Program-made: the position numbers and the translations under genes | Assembly: GCF_000284115.1 (NCBI RefSeq) | Contig: NC_017080.1 | Span: 990,001-1,022,000, forward strand | Source: Phycisphaera mikurensis NBRC 102666 | GTDB lineage: Bacteria; Planctomycetota; Phycisphaerae; Phycisphaerales; Phycisphaeraceae | Direction of reading: 5' to 3' | DNA length: 32,000 bases | The notes under the pieces: model-generated | What the model saw: only the letters and a program-made list of their open reading frames with translations | Databases searched by the model: none | What the model was told of the DNA's origin: nothing | In this document: positions 9,156 through 17,358 of the stretch, piece by piece | How the letters are laid out: each line of letters opens with the position of its first letter | Position numbering within the stretch: the first letter of the stretch is position 1

Positions 9156-9168
9156 GAACGTGACGTTC
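9156..9168. promoter_or_regulatory. Palindromic operator candidate GAACGT-G-ACGTTC in a divergent promoter region
   Basis: Perfect 6-bp arms around one central base, between the CBM9-like gene (starts 9142, minus) and the conserved gene starting at 9221 (plus). Confidence 0.4.
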
Positions 9169-9220
9169 GGCATCACGGTACCCTCGCGGCCTCCGGATCC
9201 CCCCGCCGGAGCCCCTTCGC

Positions 9221-10408
9221 ATGACCGACCTCGCCATCATCACCACCGTCTACCGGCCCGAGAGCCACACCGACGTCATCATGGCACGGTGGCTGGAGGA
9301 CATCCCGGCCGACCCGCACTGGGGCTGGAACGGCCCGCGGACGTCGATCGTCTCGGCCTACGTCGCGCAGTTCCCCGAGAACGACCTCGCCCGCGAGCGC
9401 TTCGGCGACGCGGGCATCCCGCTGCATGGCTCCATCGCCGCGGCGCTCCGCAACGGCGGCGACCGGCTCGCGGTCGGCGGCGTGCTGCTGGTGGCCGAGC
9501 ACGGCGAGTACCCGTTCAACCGCTACGGCCAGCACCTGTACCCGCGGGCGGAGATGTTCCACGCGATCCTCGACGTGATGGAGGAGGACGGCCGCACCGC
9601 ACCGGTCTTCTTCGACAAGCACCTCTCCTGGGACTTCGACCTCGGCCGGCTGATGCTCGAGCGGGCGCGAAGTCTCAACGTGCCGGTGCTGTCCGCCTCG
9701 TCGCTGCCGCTGTGCCGGTACGGCCCGCCGATTCGCTGCGACGGGGAGGCGGTGGAGGAGATCGTCGCCGTGTACCCGCTCGTGGACGGCGGCAACCCCG
9801 AGAGCTACGGCTACCACAGCCTGGAGGTGGTGCAGCAGTTCGCCGAGCGCCGGGCCGGCGGGGCGGCGGGTGTGGTGCGGGTGCAGGGCTGGCGGGGCGG
9901 GGACGCCTGGGCCGCGTGCGACGCCGGGTTGTGGTCGCGGCCGCTCTTCGAGGCCGCCTGGAGCCGCTCCCTCGGCGACGCGAAGCCGCGGGAGGAGCCG
10001 ATCGACGCGCTCTACGAGGCGGAGAGCGGGCTGCAGCCCACGTGCGTCTTCACGATGGACCACGCCGACGGTCTGCGCGTCACGCACGTCGGCGTCGACC
10101 ACTTCCAGGACTTCGCTCTCGCCGCCCGCGTCGGCGGCGAGACGCGGTCGAGCGTCATCCTCGGCGGCGAGGGCGGCGTCGACCGGCACAGCAACTTCGC
10201 CGCGCTCGCGCGGATGACCGAGGACTGGATCCTCGACGGCGTCGAGCCCTTCCCGCCCACCCGGGCGCTGCTCACCTGCGGCACCCTCCAGGCGATGTGC
10301 AACGCGCTGGCGCTGCGTTCCGGTGCCCTCTTCCCCACGCCGCACCTCGCCGACCTCCACTACCGGCCGGCCCCGACGCCCGTCGGCGCCGACCACTGGA
10401 ACCTCTGA
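9221..10408 (+). CDS. Conserved hypothetical protein (planctomycete/acidobacterial type, next to a creatininase-family gene)
   Basis: MTDLAIITTVYRPESHTDVIMARWLEDIP..., VGGVLLVAEHGEYPFNRYGQHLYPRAEMFHAILDVMEEDGRTAPVFFDKHLSW. Recalled as a conserved family of unknown function. Confidence 0.85.
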   Translation: MTDLAIITTVYRPESHTDVIMARWLEDIPADPHWGWNGPRTSIVSAYVAQFPENDLARERFGDAGIPLHGSIAAALRNGGDRLAVGGVLLVAEHGEYPFNRYGQHLYPRAEMFHAILDVMEEDGRTAPVFFDKHLSWDFDLGRLMLERARSLNVPVLSASSLPLCRYGPPIRCDGEAVEEIVAVYPLVDGGNPESYGYHSLEVVQQFAERRAGGAAGVVRVQGWRGGDAWAACDAGLWSRPLFEAAWSRSLGDAKPREEPIDALYEAESGLQPTCVFTMDHADGLRVTHVGVDHFQDFALAARVGGETRSSVILGGEGGVDRHSNFAALARMTEDWILDGVEPFPPTRALLTCGTLQAMCNALALRSGALFPTPHLADLHYRPAPTPVGADHWNL

Positions 10409-10430
10409 ACCCGCGAAGCGGAACCCCCTC

Positions 10431-11204
10431 ATGCAGTGGCAACACCTCCGCAGCGACCAGATCGACGCGACCGACCGCGAAACCGTGGTCGTCGTGCCCA
10501 CCGCCGCCATCGAGCAGCACAGCCTGCACCTGCCGGTCAGCACCGACACGACGATCGTCACCGAGGTTTGCCGCCGGCTCGACGCCGCCTGCGGCGACGG
10601 GCTCCTGGTCACGCCGACGCTGTGGCTGGGCTGCTCGCGTCACCACCGCAACTACCCCGGCACGCTGACCACGGCGCTCGACCACTTCGGCCACGCGCTC
10701 TTCGACACGGTGGACTCCGTCCTGCACGCGGGCTTCCGCAACGTCCTCATCCTCAACGGCCACGGCGGGAACGGGGCCATGCTCTCGGTCACGGCCGAGA
10801 AGCTCAAGTACGCCTGGCCGGACCGCCGCGTCGCCGCCGCGTCCTACTGGGACGTCGCCGGCCACCGCATGGCGGAGGTGCGTGAGAGCGGGCCCGGCGG
10901 CATGGGCCACGCCGGGGAGATGGAGACCGCGGTGATGCTCGCGATCGACCCCGACCGCGTCGACATGAGCCGGGCCGCGGCCGACGGCATCCAGACGGCG
11001 TCGCCGCTGGGCCACATCGACATGCTCGGCCTCGGCTCGGGGCCCGGCTCGGTGACGCGGGTGCGGACCTTCGAGGAGATGACGGACCACGGCGGCTTCG
11101 GCGACCCGACCACCGCCACCGCCGAGAAGGGCGAACGCTTCCTGGCCGTGATCGTCGAGAGCCTCGAGGCCGCCGTCGAGGACCTCGCGGCGGGCCGGCT
11201 CTGA
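10431..11204 (+). CDS. Creatininase-family protein (creatinine amidohydrolase-like)
   Basis: VVVVPTAAIEQHSLHLPVSTDTTI, HHRNYPGTLTTAL, VLILNGHGGNGAM, DVAGHRMAEVRESGPGGMGHAGEMETAVML. Start refined to ATG at 10431 after the 10408 stop. Confidence 0.9.
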   Translation: MQWQHLRSDQIDATDRETVVVVPTAAIEQHSLHLPVSTDTTIVTEVCRRLDAACGDGLLVTPTLWLGCSRHHRNYPGTLTTALDHFGHALFDTVDSVLHAGFRNVLILNGHGGNGAMLSVTAEKLKYAWPDRRVAAASYWDVAGHRMAEVRESGPGGMGHAGEMETAVMLAIDPDRVDMSRAAADGIQTASPLGHIDMLGLGSGPGSVTRVRTFEEMTDHGGFGDPTTATAEKGERFLAVIVESLEAAVEDLAAGRL

Positions 11205-11256
11205 ATCCGCGGACCGTCGGCGTTTCCAGGCGAAAGTGCTCACGGTCCGCGGATTC
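11203..11256. repeat. CCGCGGACCG palindromic element, copy 2, spanning a convergent intergenic region
   Basis: GAATCCGCGGACCGT (11203-11217) and ACGGTCCGCGGATTC (11242-11256), perfect 15-bp arms with a 24-nt spacer. It nearly fills the gap between convergent stops at 11204 and 11263. Confidence 0.9.
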
Positions 11257-11262
11257 CGCCCG

Positions 11263-12576
11263 CTACCGCAGCTCGAACACCGCCGACGCGTGCGGCGCGA
11301 GCTCTCGCGTCAGCGCCGCCTCGACCGCCACGTCCTCGCCGCTCCAGGCGTCGGTGATGGCGGCCGGCGGCCCGTCCAGCTCCAGCTGGCCCCACGAGGC
11401 GCAGACCTGCAGCGGCTCGTCGCTCAGGTTAAAGAGCGCCGCGAAGCGTCCGCCGCCGGGGGCGTCGGAGATCCAGATCACCGCCCCGCCCTGGTGGTGG
11501 GCCTGCCGCGGGCGCTCGCCCGCGCGGTGGATCCGCAGCAGCCCCGCGTGCGTGAGGAGCCCGAGCGTGTCGGCGTCGGTCTCGGGCAGGTGCCCGCCGA
11601 CCATCAGCGGCGACCGGAACACGCACCACAGCGTCATCAGCGTGCGGGCCTCGTCGGCGGTGAAGCGGCTGGTCCGCGGCTCGGGCTGCGGCCCGTTCAC
11701 CGACAGCCGGCCCAGCGGGATCATGTCCGCGTCGGGCCAGCCGCGGCCGCGCGGCGTCGCGCAGCCGACCCGCGGGCTCCACGCGTTGCACAGCTCGAAC
11801 ATGTTCTTGAGGTCGTCCCAGCGGTCCCAGAAGTCCGCCGACACCCGCCACATGTCCGCGTGCTCGGCGGTGTGCTCGGCCCGGTGCAGCGGGGCCCGGC
11901 CCGGCGAGAGGCTCAGCACCATCGGCCGGCCGCAGGCGTCCATGCCCGCCCGCATCGCCTCCAGCTCCGCCGCCTGGTAGCCGTCCCGCTCGCTCATCAG
12001 CACGTCGTCGGCCTTGATGAAGTCCACGCCCCACGACGCGTAGAGCCGGAAGAGGCTCGCGTAGTACGCCCGGCCCGCGGGGGAGGAACCGTCGACGCCG
12101 ACCATGTGGTTCAGCCACGTGCAGTCTGCGCCCGGGCGAGCGACCTGCGAGGCGGTGGCGTCGGTGCCCTCGATCGGCGCGTCCTCCGCCACCGCCTGCC
12201 GCGGGATCCCCCGCATGATGTGCAGGCCGAACCGGAGCCCCGCGGCGTGGATCTTCTCCGCCAGCGGCGCGAAGCCGGCGCCGCCCGCCGCCGAGGGGAA
12301 GCGCGCGACCGCCGGCAACAGCCGGGCGACGCCGTCCATCGCCAGCCGCGGCCGGAGGCTTGCGTCCTGGCTGGGGTTCTCGGTCGTGCCCGGATCCGGG
12401 TGCGACCAGCAGAAGTCGACCACGACCGTGTCGTAGCCGGCGGGCTTCAGGTGCTCCACGAAGGCGTCGAGGTTGGCCAGCACCTGCGCCTCGGTGACCG
12501 AGGAGCCGAAGCCGTCGAAGCTGTTCCAGCCCATCGGCGGGGTGGCGGTGGTGCGGGCGGAGGTGGATCCGGTCAT
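11263..12576 (-). CDS. Alpha-galactosidase-like glycoside hydrolase (GH27-like)
   Basis: TPPMGWNSFDGFGSSVTEAQVLANLDAFVEHLKPAGYDTVVVDFCW, WGVDFIKADDV, LSLSPGRAPL, CNAWSPRVGCATPRGRGWPDADMIPLG, RTLMTLWCVFRSPLMVGG. Confidence 0.9.
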   Translation of the reverse strand: MTGSTSARTTATPPMGWNSFDGFGSSVTEAQVLANLDAFVEHLKPAGYDTVVVDFCWSHPDPGTTENPSQDASLRPRLAMDGVARLLPAVARFPSAAGGAGFAPLAEKIHAAGLRFGLHIMRGIPRQAVAEDAPIEGTDATASQVARPGADCTWLNHMVGVDGSSPAGRAYYASLFRLYASWGVDFIKADDVLMSERDGYQAAELEAMRAGMDACGRPMVLSLSPGRAPLHRAEHTAEHADMWRVSADFWDRWDDLKNMFELCNAWSPRVGCATPRGRGWPDADMIPLGRLSVNGPQPEPRTSRFTADEARTLMTLWCVFRSPLMVGGHLPETDADTLGLLTHAGLLRIHRAGERPRQAHHQGGAVIWISDAPGGGRFAALFNLSDEPLQVCASWGQLELDGPPAAITDAWSGEDVAVEAALTRELAPHASAVFELR

Positions 12577-12633
12577 GAGGAGGTTCGCGTGGGACGGCGT
12601 GCGATCGTACGGAATCCGTCGTTTTGCTGCCCG

Positions 12634-12678
12634 CCGCGGACCGCCACCCCGAGCCCCCGAGCGGCCGCCGGTCCGCGG
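12634..12678. repeat. CCGCGGACCG palindromic element, copy 3
   Basis: CCGCGGACCG (12634-12643) and CGGTCCGCGG (12669-12678), perfect arms with a 25-nt spacer; G/C extends the stem to 11 bp. Confidence 0.8.
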
Positions 12679-12966
12679 CGTTCGCGAGGGATCGGCCGGA
12701 GGTCCCGGGTTCTCCCGGTCCGCTCAATGAAACGGAAGGTTCCGATCCGCCTTGACAAGCCAGCGACGAGCCGCCACACTCGGCCGGCCTGCATCTCTCG
12801 CTCCGCCGCATGCGACCGAAGGTCGACCCGAAAATCGCCCGCTTGAACGCGCCTCGCCGCGCGGCCGCCGTCGCTTCGCGATCGGCCCGCCGCAGGGCGG
12901 CTTCGACGCAAAACCTGCTGTTCCGCTTCGCCCGAAGCATGTTTGTTTCCTTCCAGGAGATCCGAA

Positions 12967-13671
12967 ATGTCCGATTCCGCCATTGATCCTTCCGCGTCCA
13001 AGTCTCTCACCCGCCCGGAGCAGCTCGGCTGGTACAGCCTCGCCGCCGGGGCCGCGCTCGCGGGCGCGGTGCCCGCCTCCGCGGCGGTGATGAGCCGTGA
13101 CCTGAACCTCACGTTCACCAACAACGACTTCTCCAGCAACTCGCTCCAGACCAGCGGCGTCGACATCGACGGCAACGGCACCGTCACCGACGTCTCGGTC
13201 GTCCTCTACAACTACGGCGGCACGCGCTTCAAGGGGTTGATCGCGGACCTCGGCGTCGTGCAGGACGACAGCCTGACCTCGACCGCGGGCGGCGACGGCA
13301 CGCCCTACGCGCGGGTCCTCGCACCCGGCGAGACCGTGGGCCCGGCGAGCAGCTTCGACGGGCTGGTGGCCGGCAACAACCAGACGATGTACCTCGACGC
13401 GGAGGACGACTACTTCGGCCTCGGCCGCCCCTACGCCTCGCTCACCGACGCCCTCGTCGGCTTCCAGTTCACGATCGATGGCGAAGCTCACTTCGGCTAC
13501 GTGGAGGTGAGCTACCCGGATCAGGCGGGCGCGAACATCCTCACGCTTGGCACGGCGTTCTGGGAGTCCACGCCCGGCGCCGCCATTGTGGTGCCCGAGC
13601 CCGGCTCGCTGGCGCTGCTCGCCGCGGGCGCCGGAGCCCTCGCCGGCTACCGCCGCCGCTCCGCGGCCTGA
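12967..13671 (+). CDS. PEP-CTERM sorting-domain protein
   Basis: C-terminal VVPEPGSLALLAAGAGALAGYRRRSAA; N-terminal hydrophobic segment LGWYSLAAGAALAGAVPASAA; AGGAGA Shine-Dalgarno at 12955-12960. Confidence 0.9.
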   Translation: MSDSAIDPSASKSLTRPEQLGWYSLAAGAALAGAVPASAAVMSRDLNLTFTNNDFSSNSLQTSGVDIDGNGTVTDVSVVLYNYGGTRFKGLIADLGVVQDDSLTSTAGGDGTPYARVLAPGETVGPASSFDGLVAGNNQTMYLDAEDDYFGLGRPYASLTDALVGFQFTIDGEAHFGYVEVSYPDQAGANILTLGTAFWESTPGAAIVVPEPGSLALLAAGAGALAGYRRRSAA

Positions 13672-13705
13672 AACCGCGGACCGTCGCTCGATATCTCATC
13701 CGGGA

Positions 13706-13727
13706 GCCTCCGTCCGCGGGCGGAGGC
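13706..13727 (+). terminator. Probable rho-independent-like terminator of the PEP-CTERM gene
   Basis: GCCTCCG-TCCGCGGG-CGGAGGC followed by TTCTCTTG. A degenerate CCGCGGACCG copy starts at 13674. Confidence 0.55.
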
Positions 13728-13767
13728 TTCTCTTGGACGGCGCGTGGAGTCGCCGTCACCCTGCGTC

Positions 13768-16497
13768 ATGCCCGATGCTCCTTCTTCCAACACGGGTGCC
13801 GCTCCGGTCCGCGCAGCCAGCGGCCGGCGGGTGCTGGTGATCGGCTGGGACGGCGCCGACTGGCGCTTTGCCAGGCCGCTGATGGAGCAGGGCAAAATGC
13901 CCCACCTCAGCCGCCTCGTGCAGCGGGGGGCCTCCGGCAACCTTGCGACGCTCAAGCCGGTGCTCTCGCCGATGCTGTGGAACTCCATCGCCACCGGCAA
14001 GCGGCCGGCCAAGCACGGCGTCCACGGCTTCTGCGAGGTCACGCCCGACGGCGGCGGCGTCCGCCCGGTGCAGAGCGGCAGCCGCACCTGCAAGGCGCTC
14101 TGGAACATCGCGTCGCAGGCGGGGCTGACCAGCAACGTGGTCGGCTGGTACGCCAGCCACCCCGCCGAGCCGGTCCGCGGGGCGGTGGTGACCAACCACT
14201 TCCAGCAGGCGGTCGCGACGCCGGAGGAGCCCTGGCCGGTGCCGCCGGGCAGCGTCCACCCCGCGGAGCTGGAGAAGACGCTTGCGGATCTGCGCGTCCA
14301 CCCGATGGAGATCGACCACGAGACGGTCTCCGCCTTCATCCCCGAGCTCGGGAGCGGCCTGGACAGCGAGTCGCCGCTGCTCAACCCGAAGAAGCACCGC
14401 AAGCTCGGCGAGCTGATGGAGCTGCTGGCGCACACCAGCACCATCCACACCTCGGCAACGTGGCTGATGGAGCACACGGATTGGGACCTGATGGCGGTCT
14501 ACTACGAGGGCATCGACCGCTTCGCCCACGCCTTCATGGGCTTCCACCCGCCCCGGATGGAGCACGTGCCCGAGGAGACGTTCCAGCGGTACCGCCACGT
14601 GATGGAGGCGTGCTACCGCTTCCACGACATGATGCTCGGGGCGACGCTGCGGCTCGTCGGCGAGGACACCACGGTCGTGCTGCTCAGCGACCACGGCTAC
14701 CACTTCGACCACCTCCGGCCCAAAGGTCCGGTGAAGCAGACCGACCCGGTGGCGTGGCACCACCCGCTGGGGCTGCTGGCGATGGCGGGGCCCGGCGTGC
14801 GGCAGGGGCAGACGATCCTCGGAGCGAACCTCCTGGACGTGGCGCCGACGGTGCTGAACCTGCTGGGCCTGCCCTTCGGCCTGGACATGGACGGCAAGCC
14901 GCTGGCCGCGGCGCTGGACCCCGCCGTGTCGCGCGAGCACGTGCTCAGCTGGGAGCTGATCGACGGCGAGGACGGCCGGCCGGACGCGTCGCGGGCGGCG
15001 GAGGCGGTGACCGACCCCGAGGCGGAGAAGGAGGCGCTGCGGCAACTCGCCGAGCTGGGCTACATCGAGCCGCTGGGCGAGGACGCCGAGCAGCGGGTGG
15101 CGCGGGTGCGGCGGGCGAACCGGCTGTGCCTCGTGCAGTCGCTGATGGATGCGGGCGACAATCCCGCCGCGGAGGCGCAGCTGCGGGAGATGCTCCCGGC
15201 GGGCGACCCTCCGGAACTCACGAGAGACCACGCGCCCGTGCTGGAGCTGCTCAACGAGTGCCTGCTCGGCCGGCACGCCCTCGACGAGGTGGAACAGAAC
15301 CTCCAGCGACTCGGGGAGATCCAGGGAGATTCGGGGGCGTCGGCCCGGACGCTCACCCGGGCGCGCGTGGCCGCGGCCCGGGGCGACGCCGAAGCGGCGA
15401 TGGAGATGCTCCGCGGCGAGGACGCGGCGGCGGCGGGAGCGCCCGCCTTCGAGCTGCAGATGGCCCAGCTGATGCTCGCGACCGGCCGCCTCGACGAGGC
15501 CGAGGCGGGCTTCGGCCGGGTGCTGGAGTCCGACCCCGACCAGCCGCTGGCGCTGGACGGCCTCGCCGCCGTCGCGCTGCGGCGGGACGACCCCGCCGCG
15601 GCGCTGGAGCACTGCCTGGCCGTGCTCCAGCGGGTCTACTTCCTCCCGCGGACGCACCTGCGGCTGGGCGTGGCGCTGCGGAAGCTCCACGACCTCGAGA
15701 GCGCCATCCTCGCCACGCGGGTCGCCCGGCACCAGGCGCCCGGCTGGGAGGCGGCTCGCCTCCAGCTGGTCTCGCTGCTCCACGAGGCGGGGCGGCCGGA
15801 GGAGGCCCGGGCCGAGGCCCGGGCGCAGCGGACCGACTTCGACGCCCTGGTCGCCGCCGACCTCGCCGCCCGCCGCGAGGCGGACGCCGCGGCGTCCCGC
15901 GACGGCGTGGTCACCGTGGTGTCAGGCCTGCCCCGCTCGGGCACGAGCCTGATGATGCAGCTGCTCGGGAGCGGCGGCCTCCCGTCCTTCACCGACGGCC
16001 GGCGGAAGCCCGATGCGAGCAACCCCCGCGGGTACCACGAGCACGCCGGCGTGCTCAGGCTCGCCAGCGACCCCGGCGTGCTGCGGGGCGCCGACGGCCA
16101 CGCCGTGAAGGTGGTCCACGCGCTGGTCGAGCACCTCCCGCCGGGTCCGCGCTACCGGGTGATCTGGATGGACCGGCACCTCGACGAGGTGCTGGCCTCG
16201 CAGGCGGCGATGGTCCAGCGGCTGGCCGAGGGCGCGCAGCAGCGGACGCCGCGCGACCGTGAGGCGCTGCGGCGGGTCTTCGCGGGGCAGGCGGAGCGGG
16301 CGCTGGGCCTGCTGCGGGAGCGGCGGGACGTGGACCTGCGGGTGGTGGAGCACGCGGCGCTGCTGGCCGACCCGGTCCCGGTCCTGCGAGAGCTGATCGA
16401 TTGGCTGGAGCTTGACGCCACGCCCGAGCAACTCGCGGAGGTCGTCGATCCCTCGCTGCACCGCCAGCGGCTGGAGACCGCGATCGACGCACGCTGA
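13768..16497 (+). CDS. Multidomain protein: alkaline phosphatase-superfamily phosphodiesterase, TPR region, and C-terminal sulfotransferase-like domain
   Basis: N-term VLVIGWDGADWRFARPLMEQGKMPHLSRLVQRGASGNLATLKPVLSPMLWNSIATGKRPAKHG and VVLLSDHGYHFDHL; middle TPR-like repeats (GDARYAEAEAGFGRVLESDPDQPLALDGLAAVALRRDDPAAALEHCLAV-type); C-term VVTVVSGLPRSGTSLMMQLLGSGG (PAPS 5' loop-like) and YRVIWMDRHLDEVLASQ. Confidence 0.85.
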   Translation: MPDAPSSNTGAAPVRAASGRRVLVIGWDGADWRFARPLMEQGKMPHLSRLVQRGASGNLATLKPVLSPMLWNSIATGKRPAKHGVHGFCEVTPDGGGVRPVQSGSRTCKALWNIASQAGLTSNVVGWYASHPAEPVRGAVVTNHFQQAVATPEEPWPVPPGSVHPAELEKTLADLRVHPMEIDHETVSAFIPELGSGLDSESPLLNPKKHRKLGELMELLAHTSTIHTSATWLMEHTDWDLMAVYYEGIDRFAHAFMGFHPPRMEHVPEETFQRYRHVMEACYRFHDMMLGATLRLVGEDTTVVLLSDHGYHFDHLRPKGPVKQTDPVAWHHPLGLLAMAGPGVRQGQTILGANLLDVAPTVLNLLGLPFGLDMDGKPLAAALDPAVSREHVLSWELIDGEDGRPDASRAAEAVTDPEAEKEALRQLAELGYIEPLGEDAEQRVARVRRANRLCLVQSLMDAGDNPAAEAQLREMLPAGDPPELTRDHAPVLELLNECLLGRHALDEVEQNLQRLGEIQGDSGASARTLTRARVAAARGDAEAAMEMLRGEDAAAAGAPAFELQMAQLMLATGRLDEAEAGFGRVLESDPDQPLALDGLAAVALRRDDPAAALEHCLAVLQRVYFLPRTHLRLGVALRKLHDLESAILATRVARHQAPGWEAARLQLVSLLHEAGRPEEARAEARAQRTDFDALVAADLAARREADAAASRDGVVTVVSGLPRSGTSLMMQLLGSGGLPSFTDGRRKPDASNPRGYHEHAGVLRLASDPGVLRGADGHAVKVVHALVEHLPPGPRYRVIWMDRHLDEVLASQAAMVQRLAEGAQQRTPRDREALRRVFAGQAERALGLLRERRDVDLRVVEHAALLADPVPVLRELIDWLELDATPEQLAEVVDPSLHRQRLETAIDAR

Positions 16498-16514
16498 CTC
16501 CGCGGGAGCCGTCC

Positions 16515-17324
16515 ATGCCAGCGAAAGACGCCCCATCGCCCCGAACCCGCCGCGACCGCCTGCTGATCACCGGCGCCGCCGGCCGCATCGGCCGGCTGCT
16601 GCTGCCGGCCCTTGCCGATCGCTACGAGCTGCACGCGACCGATCGGGAGGCGGCCGAGCACGCGGGCGTGCCGATCCACCCGCTGGACATCACCGACGCC
16701 GCCGCCCTCACCGACACGATCGCCACGGCCGACTGTGTGCTGCACCTGGCGGCGACGCACCTCGGCCACCAGAAAGACCTCGGCCCGGAGGCGTACGTGC
16801 GGTCCACGGTCGAGGTCAACGTGGCCGCCGTCATCACGCTCCTGGCCGCCGCGGTCGAGCACCGCGTGAAGCGGGTCGTGCTGATGAGCAGCCTCACGAT
16901 CCACCTCGGCGAGCCCTGGCGCGACCGCATCCCCGCCGACGCGCCGGTGCGGCCCAACTCGCTCTACGCCTGCACGAAGTTGTTCGCCGAGCAGCTCGCC
17001 GAGCTTCACCACCGCAAGGACGGGCTGTCGACGATCTCGGCACGCCTCGGCCAGCCGTACCCGACGTCGCCCTGGTTCGGGCTCGACGCGATGAGCGACC
17101 CCGGCAACCGCGGCTGCGCCGCCACGGAGGAGGACATCGTCCGCGGGACGCTCGCCGCGCTCGAGACGCAGACCAGGCTCGCGGTCTTCAACCTCCTGTC
17201 CGCGTGCGACCAGCCGGTCTTCGACATGGACGCCGGCCGCCGGATCGGCTTCAAGCCCCGCGACGAGATGACCGCGGCGGGGCCGGTCGATCGCTTCCCG
17301 AGCAAGCCGCGGCTCATTCCGTGA
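16515..17324 (+). CDS. NAD-dependent epimerase/dehydratase (extended SDR, uronate dehydrogenase-like)
   Basis: RLLITGAAGRIGRLLLPAL (GxxGxxG), CVLHLAA, VKRVVLMSS, YACTKLFAEQL (YxxxK). Confidence 0.85.
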   Translation: MPAKDAPSPRTRRDRLLITGAAGRIGRLLLPALADRYELHATDREAAEHAGVPIHPLDITDAAALTDTIATADCVLHLAATHLGHQKDLGPEAYVRSTVEVNVAAVITLLAAAVEHRVKRVVLMSSLTIHLGEPWRDRIPADAPVRPNSLYACTKLFAEQLAELHHRKDGLSTISARLGQPYPTSPWFGLDAMSDPGNRGCAATEEDIVRGTLAALETQTRLAVFNLLSACDQPVFDMDAGRRIGFKPRDEMTAAGPVDRFPSKPRLIP

Positions 17325-17358
17325 AGCTTTGTTCCGCCCGCCGCCAATTGATCACGTG

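Noticed and set aside
12752-12780. TTGACA with 17-nt spacing to CACACT as a sigma-70 promoter for the PEP-CTERM gene
   Set aside because: The -35 is perfect but the -10 is poor and the site is ~190-210 nt upstream of the start. Too weak to list as a feature.
13756-15783. 675-aa minus-strand ORF
   Set aside because: Shadow of the phosphodiesterase/TPR gene; composition is Arg/Gln/His/Glu-rich without domains.
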